Assembly (NCBI GenBank): GCA_021789755.1
Contig: JAJYJD010000003.1
Coordinates: forward strand, 1 to 34,455
Length of the DNA: 34,455 bases
Direction: 5' to 3'
Origin: Bacteroidota bacterium
GTDB taxonomy: Bacteria; Bacteroidota; Ignavibacteria; Kryptoniales; JAKASW01
Shown here one piece after another: positions 1 through 9,635 of this stretch. The first letter of the stretch is position 1. Every line of letters begins with the position of its first letter. The position numbers and the translations under genes were made by a program. Below the pieces are notes generated by a model. The model was not told the DNA's origin. It searched no databases and saw only the letters and a program-made list of their open reading frames with translations.

Positions 1-32
1 CAGATTTGCATCATATTTCGCGGCGGCCTCAT
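1..32 (-). CDS. Probable 5' end of an ABC-2 type permease (partial, runs off the window)
   Basis: An ATG at 32-30 overlaps the TGA stop of the ABC ATPase (ATGA coupling), and the frame stays open to the window edge (MRPPRNMMQI...). The product is inferred from the usual DrrA-DrrB gene order only. Confidence 0.45.
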   Translation of the reverse strand, partial: MRPPRNMMQI

Positions 33-844
33 CCAAGCCGACGGGCAGTACGCCTTGTTCTTGAGACATCTTTAAATCTCTCTCCTGTTTCTTCTGTTTC
101 CAGTGTCTTCCCGACATAGAACTCGAACACTTCGTTGAGGCTCGCAACACCGCCGTTCCGGGGAATGGATGCCTTGAGTTCGGCGGGCGAACCGATTGCC
201 GCAACTTTCCCTTTGTTCATGATTGCAACTCTGTCGCACATCTCATCGGCCTCTTCCATGTAATGCGTCGTCATAATAATGGTGGTTCCGTCCTTCGCCA
301 GCGCGCCGACATATTTCCATACCGTTTCCCTCGCGACAGGATCGAGCCCGACTGTCGGCTCGTCGAGATACAGGATGCGGGGTCTGTGAAGGACCGCCTG
401 GGCAATCTCGAGCCGCCTGATCATCCCTCCCGAATAACTTCTCACCAGCTTGTCGGCCGATTCCGACAAACCCATGAAGTGCAGAGAGTTGTCTATCATT
501 TTCCCCCTCTCCTTCGCCGGTATGTCATAAAGCTTGGCAAATATCAGGAGGTTCTCGTATCCGCTCAGGCTTCCGTCGGCTGAAAGCAGTTGAGGAACAT
601 ACCCTATCGCACGCCGCACCCGCGGTGCCTGATGAACGACATCGAAGCCCGCAACTGTAGCGACACCCGACGTCGGTGGAAGAAGAGTCGTCAACATTTT
701 TATGGTCGTCGTCTTTCCGGCGCCGTTTGGTCCGACGACTCCAAAGACTTCGCCGGATTCCACGGAGAAAGAAATTGAATCCACCGCCGTAAATGCGCCG
801 AACCTCTTTGTCAGGTTTTTCACTTCGAGAATAGTCTTACTCAT
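29..844 (-). CDS. ABC transporter ATP-binding protein, DrrA (daunorubicin-resistance type) family
   Basis: Walker A GPNGAGKTT, signature YSGGMIRRLEIA, Walker B LYLDEPTVGLDP, H-loop MTTHYMEEAD; C-terminal RTRRTARRLG tail. Confidence 0.93.
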   Translation of the reverse strand: MSKTILEVKNLTKRFGAFTAVDSISFSVESGEVFGVVGPNGAGKTTTIKMLTTLLPPTSGVATVAGFDVVHQAPRVRRAIGYVPQLLSADGSLSGYENLLIFAKLYDIPAKERGKMIDNSLHFMGLSESADKLVRSYSGGMIRRLEIAQAVLHRPRILYLDEPTVGLDPVARETVWKYVGALAKDGTTIIMTTHYMEEADEMCDRVAIMNKGKVAAIGSPAELKASIPRNGGVASLNEVFEFYVGKTLETEETGERFKDVSRTRRTARRLG

Positions 845-876
845 TGAGAATGATCCCCTTGTCTTTCACGGTTCCC

Positions 877-896
877 TTGCAGACGACTTCCTGCAA
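877..896. promoter_or_regulatory. Palindrome TTGCAG-N8-CTGCAA upstream of the ABC ATPase, possible operator
   Basis: Perfect 6-bp inverted repeat in the 90-bp intergenic gap, ~35-50 nt upstream of the ATG. Confidence 0.3.
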
Positions 897-934
897 ATAA
901 TGAAAATCATGCGCGATCCGGGAAGTTTTTCATC

Positions 935-1909
935 TCAGGATTTCGCCCTCATCATAAACAGAAAATCCAGCCCGAACTTATGCAGGCCGGGAATCATCTG
1001 AAAATTTCCTTGCACATATCGGTATCTTTGATAGAAGTCCGAGTGACGCCTGGGCTTGTCGCGAATTTCCACTTCCGAACCTGTCGGCTTCTCGGGCGAC
1101 TCTCTTGGGAAGTAATCCTTCTTCCAGTCTTTCTTCCGGGGCAGGTAGCCCATACTCCTGAATCCGCGTTTTACGCTGTAAGTCTTCATTTTATCGATGA
1201 CGAATCCCGCCTGGTCCAGAATCGTCAAGAGCGTTCGGGCAGGGAAGAAGAAAATATGTCCGTTCTTACTGCGGGCGGGTTTGCCCTCGATCTTGTAGAA
1301 ATCGATCAGGTCCAGCGAGTCGTTAAAACCGTTTGGGACCGAAAGAAAGAAGATACCGTCGGGTTTGATTACACGCCTGCACTCCTTCAGCAAAGAAATC
1401 GGATCCAGAACATGCTCAAGAACATTGTTCACATGAACATAATCGAAAAAGCTTTGGGGAAATCCGGCCTCTGAAAGATCTCCGTGCCTCACATCCAGAC
1501 TGAGCTTTTCGCGGGCGAATCGGACAGCGCTCTCACCGAAGTCAGTCCCGTAGACGTCCCAATTGGAATGTTTCTTTATACCGTTTATGAAAAAACCTGT
1601 TGCGCAGCCGACGTCAAGGAATCTTCCGGTTTGCTTCAGACGGTGCAGGCGCTTTGCGTACGCCATGCCTTTCCCTTCCTCTCTTTCCCGGTCGAAGTCG
1701 TAATACGATGCCGAGTAGAAGATGTCCAGCTGCGCGGGGGTAGGCAGAGGGTCGAAAAAAATCACACCGCACTGCGCGCATTCAACGAGATCGAAGTCGG
1801 TTTGATAGACGAGGTTGACCCTGCTGAGGAAACGTTTATCTTGGGCATTGCCGCAGATCGGACACTCTTTCATGATGACTCCTGTTGCAAGTCCGGATGT
1901 GTCTGACAA
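935..1909 (-). CDS. Class I SAM-dependent methyltransferase with N-terminal Zn-ribbon
   Basis: CPICG...CAQCG Zn ligands; motif I FLDVGCATG; VLEHVLDP; LKECRRVIKPDGIFFLSVPN. Confidence 0.88.
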   Translation of the reverse strand: MSDTSGLATGVIMKECPICGNAQDKRFLSRVNLVYQTDFDLVECAQCGVIFFDPLPTPAQLDIFYSASYYDFDREREEGKGMAYAKRLHRLKQTGRFLDVGCATGFFINGIKKHSNWDVYGTDFGESAVRFAREKLSLDVRHGDLSEAGFPQSFFDYVHVNNVLEHVLDPISLLKECRRVIKPDGIFFLSVPNGFNDSLDLIDFYKIEGKPARSKNGHIFFFPARTLLTILDQAGFVIDKMKTYSVKRGFRSMGYLPRKKDWKKDYFPRESPEKPTGSEVEIRDKPRRHSDFYQRYRYVQGNFQMIPGLHKFGLDFLFMMRAKS

Positions 1910-1952
1910 TTGATCTCAGATAAGAATATCTCAACGGCCATAAAATAGAAAC

Positions 1953-3074
1953 TCAGTCCTCTACCTCTTTTCCCGTGTAGTATCGTTCAAGGCTGTCGAC
2001 GCCCGAACTCAAACTGAAAAGCTGTTCGACCCTTTTTCTCCCGGCTTCGCCATGCGACCGTCGAACGTTCGGATCACGGACGAGTCTCAGAATGCCGTCC
2101 GCAAGCGATTTGTAATCCTTTGGCGGAACAAGGAGACCTGTTTCGTTATCGACAACGATGTCGAGCACACCGGCGCTTTTACTCGCGACAACAGGAAGCT
2201 TCATCGCCATCGCCTCGGCGAGTCCCAGCCCGAAGGATTCCTCGTGCGACGGAAATGCCAGGATGTCAAACGCCGTCAATAGACGGGGCACATCCTTTCT
2301 GAATCCGGTGAAGGTGACGACGTCTTTCAAACCGAGGTCTCCGGCGAGATTTCTTATTTTCGACTCATAAGGCCCTTCACCAAAACTCGCACCGCCGACA
2401 ACGAGGAATTGCAGGTTCATACCCGACGAATCCGTCAAACTCTTTGCGGCCATCAGGAATTCTTCATGCCCTTTTCCAGGCGACATTCTGCCGACCATAC
2501 CGATAAGAAGCGTGTTTTCAGGAATGCCAAGCTCGGCCCGCACCTCGGACTTTCTGTAAAGCGAAGGATCGAACGTCTCGAGCGGTATCCCCGGGGGAAG
2601 GACATGGACTTTCGATTCGGGCACCGGACAGGTATTCAGAACGCTCCCCTTTATGTAATTGGAGATCGCAAATGTTCCCTGAAGCCTTCCGTACAGAAAC
2701 CGGTGAAGCGGGTCGGTTTTCTTCACGCCGCTTGCCATATGTTTCGTCAGAAAAAATTTTGCGTCTGAAGACGCAAGCTTAAGAGCAGGAACCAGCCACC
2801 ATAGATCGTGAGAAAGGTGAGTATGCACTACATCGAAGTCGTAGTCCCTCAGCAATCTGCTCAATTCTCTGATGGTACGGAACGCCTGTTTATCGTCACC
2901 CAGTAGGCCCACAGCCGGTATGCCGGCGGCGTAAGCCTCCTTGAGAATCGTCGACCTTGGCGTGCAGAGGAGGCTGACGTCATGGCCTCGTCTCCGCAAT
3001 TCGCGGGATATCAGGACTGCCTGCATCTCGAGTCCGCCCCATGAACGTGAGCCGCATGACTGGAGAATCTTCAA
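1953..3074 (-). CDS. Glycosyltransferase family 4 (GT-B fold)
   Basis: N-terminal WGGLE, DVVHTH, GRMSPGKG, and the C-terminal EX7E motif ESFGLGLAEAMA..PVVAS; TTG start. Confidence 0.92.
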   Translation of the reverse strand: MKILQSCGSRSWGGLEMQAVLISRELRRRGHDVSLLCTPRSTILKEAYAAGIPAVGLLGDDKQAFRTIRELSRLLRDYDFDVVHTHLSHDLWWLVPALKLASSDAKFFLTKHMASGVKKTDPLHRFLYGRLQGTFAISNYIKGSVLNTCPVPESKVHVLPPGIPLETFDPSLYRKSEVRAELGIPENTLLIGMVGRMSPGKGHEEFLMAAKSLTDSSGMNLQFLVVGGASFGEGPYESKIRNLAGDLGLKDVVTFTGFRKDVPRLLTAFDILAFPSHEESFGLGLAEAMAMKLPVVASKSAGVLDIVVDNETGLLVPPKDYKSLADGILRLVRDPNVRRSHGEAGRKRVEQLFSLSSGVDSLERYYTGKEVED

Positions 3075-3079
3075 GCTAT

Positions 3080-3150
3080 AAACCTTGCGAAGGTTTGAAA
3101 CCGGAAGACTTCATCGAACCCCGTCAAGGTCTGTAACCTTCGGAAGGTTA
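3080..3150. repeat. Cluster of short REP-like palindromes AACCTT-NNN-AAGGTT
   Basis: AAACCTT-GCG-AAGGTTT (3080-3096), degenerate AACCCCGTCAAGGT (3117-3130) and TAACCTT-CGG-AAGGTTA (3134-3150). Confidence 0.6.
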
Positions 3151-4476
3151 CCATGCTTTTTCTCCGATTGCCTGCTGGAGTTCGTACCTCCCGATCACGT
3201 ATTTGTACAGTGCCTGCAAGCGCATCAGCCTTGCCTGGGAGAGGGCTGTCTCCGCGTCGAGGAGATCGAGGTTCGTCACCGTCCCCGCCTCGTAGCGAAT
3301 CCTGGCGAGGCTCAGCGCACTCTCCGCCTGCTGTACCGTTATGTCGCTCGTCTGCAGCTTGTCCAGGCTGGAACGAAGGTCGACAATTCCTCTCTGCACG
3401 TCGGCCTTCACTTCCTGAACGACGTTAGACTTGTACGATTCGGCCGCTTTCACACCCGCGCTGGCCTCCTCCTCCATGCTCTGTCTGCGGTAACCGCCGA
3501 AGAACGGAACGAATCCAGAAATCGGTATCTGAAGCTGAGCCGCCGCGGCAAAGTTTCCTCTCCACGCGTCAAGGTTCGGCTCGTAACCGTTCTTGAAACC
3601 CCAGGCAAAGGCCACATTGAGCGAAGGGTTGTCTACGGCAGATGCAACGTTGTAACGAGCCTGCGCCGTCGCAATCTCGTCGTTTGCCGATTTCAACTCC
3701 ACTCGATTCTCCATAGCAATTCCGGTCAGGGAGTCCGGATTAAGCGACAGCGGCATCTCATTGAATTCGCCTGCGAGCCTGAGCGGTGAATCCTGGGAAA
3801 TACCGAGCAACCGCCTGAGAACTATTTCGGTATTCGACAACGAATTTTCAAGGTTGATCATCTCGTCCTGGGCCGCTGCGACGCGAACCTGCGTCGTCAG
3901 AACGTCGAAGTCCGTCGCCGTTCCTGCCTCAACTTTCCTCTTCGTCATCAAAATATGTTCATTCAGCGTGTTTATTGCGTCGTCTTGAACGCGGATACTT
4001 CTCTGAAGAAACAGTACGGCATAAAAAGTCTGTATGGTCCTGTACGCCAGATCCTGGCGGACCAGCTCGTACCTGTCCTTTGCACTCTTCACCTGCGTCT
4101 TGGCGAGATCGATGTTTTTCTGTCGCCTGTTAAAGTCGTAAACCGTCCCGCTGAAGCCGACGTGTTCGTCGTAGTTGTTTGCCGGAGCCAGGACAATGTT
4201 TCCGAACCCGGGAAAACTAAAAGCCGGGATGGGACCTATGCGGGTGTAGTTGAGAGAGACGCCTCCTTCCGGATAGAGAGGACTCTTGCTTACCTTGACG
4301 CCAGCCTGCGAATCATTGACCTCTTCCGCCGCCTGTTGAATCGTGGGATTGGTCGCAAGGACCATCCGAACGGCTTGGTTCACCGTCAGAGAGTCCGCGG
4401 GACCTGTTTGAGAGAAAGCCTGCGCCGACAGCGAAAGGAAGATCACCGTCAGCAATAGTATAATACGAGATTTCAT
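3148..4476 (-). CDS. TolC family outer membrane efflux protein
   Basis: Signal peptide MKSRIILLLTVIFLSLSAQA; two OEP repeats (EAGTATDFDVLTTQV and RYEAGTVTNLDLLDAE); ends LQQAIG. The ATG at 4476 is preferred over the 4515 start in the ORF track. Confidence 0.92.
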   Translation of the reverse strand: MKSRIILLLTVIFLSLSAQAFSQTGPADSLTVNQAVRMVLATNPTIQQAAEEVNDSQAGVKVSKSPLYPEGGVSLNYTRIGPIPAFSFPGFGNIVLAPANNYDEHVGFSGTVYDFNRRQKNIDLAKTQVKSAKDRYELVRQDLAYRTIQTFYAVLFLQRSIRVQDDAINTLNEHILMTKRKVEAGTATDFDVLTTQVRVAAAQDEMINLENSLSNTEIVLRRLLGISQDSPLRLAGEFNEMPLSLNPDSLTGIAMENRVELKSANDEIATAQARYNVASAVDNPSLNVAFAWGFKNGYEPNLDAWRGNFAAAAQLQIPISGFVPFFGGYRRQSMEEEASAGVKAAESYKSNVVQEVKADVQRGIVDLRSSLDKLQTSDITVQQAESALSLARIRYEAGTVTNLDLLDAETALSQARLMRLQALYKYVIGRYELQQAIGEKAW

Positions 4477-4538
4477 TATTTCCACCATTGTTTGAGATAC
4501 GTGTTTAAAAATCACTTTTAAAAACTCCAGTCTATTGT

Positions 4539-6179
4539 CTATTCCATCGCGACAATTTTCTCGCCGTGCTCTTTCTTCTTCCTGCTTCTCAGGAAGAGTA
4601 CGGGAACAACGCAGAGGAAGGTTATCGCGGCAGCAATGAAGAAATCGTCATCCACTGCCGATACGAATGCCTGCTGACTGACGTTGTAAACAAGAAGGGC
4701 CTGTGCCCGCGCCGACGAGATGGCGGCGTTACCTCCGACCGCCTGCTGGGCAAATGACTTGAGCATTGTCAGAGCATTCCTCACCGCCGGTGAATATTTG
4801 TTCACCGCCTGTCCGTAAATGGTTTCGTGAAAAGCTGTGCGGTCGGTCAGCAAAGTCCCCATTATCGCGACTCCGAAACTGCCGCCTACCTGCCTCAGCA
4901 CGTTGTAGAGACCTGACGCTCTTGCCATCTTCTCTTTCGGTACATCGGAAAGCGATAGCGAGCTCAACGGAGTGAATATGAAACCCATCCCAAGTCCGCG
5001 CAGGTAAATCGATATCATAACCGAGTGGGTTTCGGAAAACAGCGACAGGAAATGGTTGCTGAAGAGGCTCAAAGCCAAAACAATAACACCATAAAGGGCC
5101 AAATACTTCGGATTAAGTCTGTCGGACAAGTATCCCGCGAGCGGACCCATCGTTCCCTGGAGGAAACCCAGCGGCAGGAAAAGCGACCCCGCCTGGAACG
5201 CGGTATATCCCAATCCGTTCTGCAGATACAACGGCAGAAGGAAAGTGCTGCCGAACATTCCCATTCCGAAAATGAAAAGGACGAGGTTAGCCATGGCAAA
5301 GTTGAAGTTCTTCATCAGGCTCAGATCGACGAGCGGTTCACGCGTGTTCAATTCCACAGCGATGAAAGCCACCAGTCCTATAAGCGATAACGCGAAGCAG
5401 GATAGAATGAACGGCGATGTCCACCCGCCGGTGTTCCAATCCGCATCCCCATCCGACAGCGCGAGGAGCAGACTCGTGAGAAACAGCGCCATCGAGATGA
5501 AGCCGGCTGCGTCGAACGAGCGGGATTTCTGCGACTGGTATTCGCGTTGTATAACCAGCGTGGCGAAGATGGCTACGATTCCGATGGGTACGTTTATGTC
5601 ATATATCGAATGCCAGGCAAAATTATCGATAAGATAGCCGCCGAGCGTGGGACCGAGAGAGACCGATGCGGCGGAAGCGACCGACCAGAACCCGATGGCC
5701 GTCCCGCGCTTTTCGGGAGGAAACTCTCTCATGACAATGGCCATGCCGACCGGCATCAGGAGTCCTCCACCGATGCCCTGGATCACACGAAACGCGATAA
5801 GTGCCGTAATGCTCCATGATAATGAACATAACAGTGATCCGGCGGTAAATAGAGTGAGTGCCGTAGCGTAAGTTTTTTTGTAGCCGAACCTGTCGGCGAT
5901 CCATCCTGAGGTCGGCAACATTGTCGCCAGAGCCAGCAGGTATCCTGTCGCTACCCATTTAGCGGTATCCACACCGACTCCGAAAGTTGCCATTATGGTC
6001 GGCATCGAGACATCCACGATGCTCGAATCGAGGACGACCATGAATGTCCCGAACATGACATTAACCAGCACCCACCATTTATACGACGGGTGCTGATGAT
6101 TGGGAATTCCTATTGTATCAGAAAGGGACTTTTCGCTCCCGTTTGTATTAAGATGTGAATCGTGATTATTGTTATTCAT
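4539..6179 (-). CDS. DHA2 (EmrB/QacA) family 14-TM MFS efflux permease, paralog 3
   Basis: TM1 LDSSIVDVSMP, motif A GWIADRFGYK, FRVIQGIGGG, LGPTLGGYL, ASGLYNVLRQVGGSFG. Confidence 0.93.
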   Translation of the reverse strand: MNNNNHDSHLNTNGSEKSLSDTIGIPNHQHPSYKWWVLVNVMFGTFMVVLDSSIVDVSMPTIMATFGVGVDTAKWVATGYLLALATMLPTSGWIADRFGYKKTYATALTLFTAGSLLCSLSWSITALIAFRVIQGIGGGLLMPVGMAIVMREFPPEKRGTAIGFWSVASAASVSLGPTLGGYLIDNFAWHSIYDINVPIGIVAIFATLVIQREYQSQKSRSFDAAGFISMALFLTSLLLALSDGDADWNTGGWTSPFILSCFALSLIGLVAFIAVELNTREPLVDLSLMKNFNFAMANLVLFIFGMGMFGSTFLLPLYLQNGLGYTAFQAGSLFLPLGFLQGTMGPLAGYLSDRLNPKYLALYGVIVLALSLFSNHFLSLFSETHSVMISIYLRGLGMGFIFTPLSSLSLSDVPKEKMARASGLYNVLRQVGGSFGVAIMGTLLTDRTAFHETIYGQAVNKYSPAVRNALTMLKSFAQQAVGGNAAISSARAQALLVYNVSQQAFVSAVDDDFFIAAAITFLCVVPVLFLRSRKKKEHGEKIVAME

Positions 6180-6312
6180 TTCCAAGTGTATCAAAGAAAT
6201 ATTTCAACATGCTGAGATCCTGGAAGAAGAACCGGGCAGTAATCGAAGTTCCATCGTTCCATTGACCGGCTATCGTAATCTTCCGACATTCCAAAACTCC
6301 CTCTCCCTCCCG

Positions 6313-7944
6313 CTATTCCATCGCAACGACTTTCACCTTCTCGCCTTTCCGTTTCTTGTACCGCAGGAATAATATCGGGACAAGGCAAAGAACAGTTATT
6401 GCGGCCGCTACCAGGAAGTCGTCGTCGACCGCGGATACGAAGGCCTGCTGGCTGATCTGGTATCCCAGAAGCGCCTCCGCTCTCATAGCGGACATCGACA
6501 AGGTTCCGCCCACCGCGTGCTGAGAAAAATTCTTAAGCCCGAGCAGGACGTTCTGCACCACGGGAGAAGCCGGGCTGACGGATTGCCCATACATCGTGTC
6601 ATGGAAAATTGTCCGGTCAGTCAGAAGCGTTCCCATTATTGCCACGCCGAAGCTGCCGCCGACCTGTCTGATGACATTGAAGAGCCCCGACGCCTGGGCC
6701 ATACGCTCCCGGGGAATATCTGAAAGCGAAAGTGTGTTCAGCGGCGTAAATATGAGTGCCATCCCGAAGCCGCGCAGGTAAAGTGAAACCATAATGTCCG
6801 ACGTCATCGAGAAGAGAGAAAGAAAATGATTAACAAAGAGGCTCATCGCCAGAAGAATGATTCCAACCCCGGCAATGATTTTGGGATTCAGCTTATCCGA
6901 AAGCGCGCCGGATATCGGACCCATCACAGCCATTATCAATCCGAGAGGCAGGAAGAGCGAGCCCGCCTGAAACGCGGTGTATCCGAGTCCGTTCTGCAGG
7001 TAAAGCGGAAGGAGGAAAGTACTTCCGAACATTCCCATACCGAAAATGAACAGAACAAGATTTGACATGCCGAAGTTGAAATTCTTCAGCAGCCTGAGTT
7101 CGATCAGAGGATGTTTAATGTTAAACTCGACGGAAAGAAAGACGACGAGCCCGATCAGCGACAGGGCGAAGCACCCTAATATGAACGGCGATGTCCAGCC
7201 TCCGGTGTTCCACGACGCATTGCCGTCGGAGAGAGCAATAAGCAGAGGCGCGAGAAAAGTCACAATGGAAAGGAACCCTATGATATCGAAAGAGCGGCCG
7301 CTTTGAATCTTGTATTCACGCTGTATCACGAGGGTCGCGAAAACGCCCACGATCCCGACCGGTACATTAATGTCAAATATCGAATGCCATGCGAAGTTGT
7401 CGATGAGATATCCGCCCAGAGTGGGGCCGAGAGAAACCGACGCGGCGGCGGCGATCGCCCAGAAGCCGAGAGCGGTGCCTCGTTTCTCGGGAGGGAACTC
7501 ACGCACGACTATAGCCATACCGACGGGCATTAACAGGCCACCGCCCGCGCCCTGGATCGCCCGGAACATGATTAACGCGGTCATGTTCCATGAAATCGAA
7601 CAGAGCAACGATCCCGCCGTGAACAGTGCCAGCCCGAGGCTGTAAGTCTTCCTGAAACCGAAATGATCGGCAATCCAGCCGGATGTCGGAAGAAGAATGG
7701 CAAAAGCCAGGAGGTAGGCCGTAGCAATCCATTTTACCGTATCGATCCCGACGCCGAACGTCGCCATGACCTTCGCAAGCGACACATCAACGATCGTCGA
7801 ATCGAGAACCACCATGAAGGTTCCCATCATCACATTCGCAAGAACCCACCACTTGTACGAAGGATGTTCATGATGCGGGACTCCGATGCTGCCGGAGAGC
7901 CCGGAACCGTTCGATCTATTTGGGAAATTTCCATTTGTTTTCAT
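6313..7944 (-). CDS. DHA2 (EmrB/QacA) family MFS efflux permease, paralog 2
   Basis: LDSTIVDVSL, GWIADHFGFRK, FRAIQGAGGG, LGPTLGGYL, ASGLFNVIRQVGGSFG. Confidence 0.93.
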   Translation of the reverse strand: MKTNGNFPNRSNGSGLSGSIGVPHHEHPSYKWWVLANVMMGTFMVVLDSTIVDVSLAKVMATFGVGIDTVKWIATAYLLAFAILLPTSGWIADHFGFRKTYSLGLALFTAGSLLCSISWNMTALIMFRAIQGAGGGLLMPVGMAIVVREFPPEKRGTALGFWAIAAAASVSLGPTLGGYLIDNFAWHSIFDINVPVGIVGVFATLVIQREYKIQSGRSFDIIGFLSIVTFLAPLLIALSDGNASWNTGGWTSPFILGCFALSLIGLVVFLSVEFNIKHPLIELRLLKNFNFGMSNLVLFIFGMGMFGSTFLLPLYLQNGLGYTAFQAGSLFLPLGLIMAVMGPISGALSDKLNPKIIAGVGIILLAMSLFVNHFLSLFSMTSDIMVSLYLRGFGMALIFTPLNTLSLSDIPRERMAQASGLFNVIRQVGGSFGVAIMGTLLTDRTIFHDTMYGQSVSPASPVVQNVLLGLKNFSQHAVGGTLSMSAMRAEALLGYQISQQAFVSAVDDDFLVAAAITVLCLVPILFLRYKKRKGEKVKVVAME

Positions 7945-8014
7945 CAAGTTTCTCTCTATATAAAATTGGGTTGATAAGAATGTTTTCGTTCGTTCCTATT
8001 CCACCGGAAACGTC

Positions 8015-9625
8015 TCACTCCATCGCCGGGGCTCTCACTCCGACGCCGGATCTTTTCCGACGCAGGAAGAAGATCGGCACAAGACACACTATCGTTATCA
8101 CGCCGGCGACGAGGAAGGCATCGTTAACTGCGGAAACAAAAGCCTGCTTCATCAGGTGGCCGATAATCAGCGCTCTCCCCCGAAGTATGGATTGCGGTAT
8201 CGAACCGCCAATCGCATGCTGGGAAAACAGTTCCAACCCGCGGATCACTTTCTGAAAAGAGGCGGAATGATCGTTGACGGCCATGCCATAAGACGCTGTG
8301 TGGAAGATGAGCCTGCGTGTCAGCAGTGTTCCAAACATTGCCACACCGAAGCTCCCTCCAACCTGGCGGATCACGTTGAACAAACCCGATGCCTGCGCCA
8401 TTTTGTTTTTTTGAACATTCGTGAGTGCCAGCGTACTCAGCGGGGTAAACATCAGGCCCATTGCAAAACCTCTCAGGTACAGGGGAAGCATTATTTGAGA
8501 GTGCATCGAGAAGAGCGAAAGGAAATAATTCAGGTACATGCTTATTCCGAGGAGAATTATGCCGATCGCGGCAGGAATTCTAGCATCGACCCTGTCGGAC
8601 AGAAAACCGGCAACAGGCGCCATGATCCCCTGCAATATCCCGACCGGGAGGAACACGAGACCCGCCTGGAACGGAGTGTAATTCAATGAATTCTGCAGGT
8701 ATAAGGGCATTAAGAACGTGCTTCCGAACATCCCTAGCCCGAAGATAAAGAGGATGATGTTTGTAATCCCGAAGTTGAAATCTTTCAGCAGTCTCAGCTC
8801 TATCAGCGGATGTCTGACTTTGAATTCGGTTACCAGAAAAACAATCAGGCCGACCAAAGACAGTGCAAGGCAAGTCAGGATGAAAGTGGAAGTCCATCCA
8901 CCGGTGTTCCACGACGCATTGCCGTCCGTCAGCGCCAGGAGAAGGAAAGTCAGGAATACAGCTACGGAGGCGAATCCGAGTAAATCGAAGCTGCGCGTAT
9001 GCTCGGTCTTGTACTCACGCTGAATGACGATTGTCGCGAAGACACCGAGTATCCCGACAGGGACGTTCACATAAAAGATGGTGTGCCACGAGAAATTGTC
9101 TATCAGGTAGCCGCCGATGAGGGGTCCGAAAGAGACGGACGCCGCAGCCGCGATAGACCAGAACCCCAGCGCGATGCCGCGTCTTTCGGGAGGGAATTCA
9201 CGTGTGACAATCGCCATGCCGACCGGCATCAGGAAACCTGCACCCGCACCTTGAATAATTCGAAAAATGACCAATATGTTCTCATCCCAGGCCATCCCGC
9301 AGAGGAATGATCCGATCGTGAAGAGAGCCAGTGCCAGCGCGTAAGTCCGCTTGTAGCCGAAGTGATCCGCCACCCAGCCCGAGGTAGGGAGCATAACCGC
9401 AAGCACAAGGAGGTACGCGGTCATTACCCACTCTATTTTATCGATGGTCACGCCGAATGTCGCCATGATCTTCGGTAGCCCGACATTGACAATGGTGGAG
9501 TCGAGGACCGCCATGAATGTTCCGATCATGACGTTCGCCAGAACCAGCCATTTGTACATCCTGTGACTCTGGTGAAGCACAGATATTTGACCGCGGACCG
9601 ATCCGGCGTTCAGCGCGAGCGACAT
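8015..9625 (-). CDS. DHA2 (EmrB/QacA) family MFS efflux permease, paralog 1
   Basis: Canonical LDSTIVNVGLP, GWVADHFGYKR, FRIIQGAGAG, FGPLIGGYL, WHTIFYVNVPVG; directly follows the EmrA-like gene. Confidence 0.93.
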   Translation of the reverse strand: MSLALNAGSVRGQISVLHQSHRMYKWLVLANVMIGTFMAVLDSTIVNVGLPKIMATFGVTIDKIEWVMTAYLLVLAVMLPTSGWVADHFGYKRTYALALALFTIGSFLCGMAWDENILVIFRIIQGAGAGFLMPVGMAIVTREFPPERRGIALGFWSIAAAASVSFGPLIGGYLIDNFSWHTIFYVNVPVGILGVFATIVIQREYKTEHTRSFDLLGFASVAVFLTFLLLALTDGNASWNTGGWTSTFILTCLALSLVGLIVFLVTEFKVRHPLIELRLLKDFNFGITNIILFIFGLGMFGSTFLMPLYLQNSLNYTPFQAGLVFLPVGILQGIMAPVAGFLSDRVDARIPAAIGIILLGISMYLNYFLSLFSMHSQIMLPLYLRGFAMGLMFTPLSTLALTNVQKNKMAQASGLFNVIRQVGGSFGVAMFGTLLTRRLIFHTASYGMAVNDHSASFQKVIRGLELFSQHAIGGSIPQSILRGRALIIGHLMKQAFVSAVNDAFLVAGVITIVCLVPIFFLRRKRSGVGVRAPAME

Positions 9626-9635
9626 TTTCCCGTTC

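Noticed and set aside
6191-6388. 65-aa minus-strand ORF bridging MFS2 and MFS3
   Set aside because: Overlaps the MFS2 end out of frame, with no RBS or motif.
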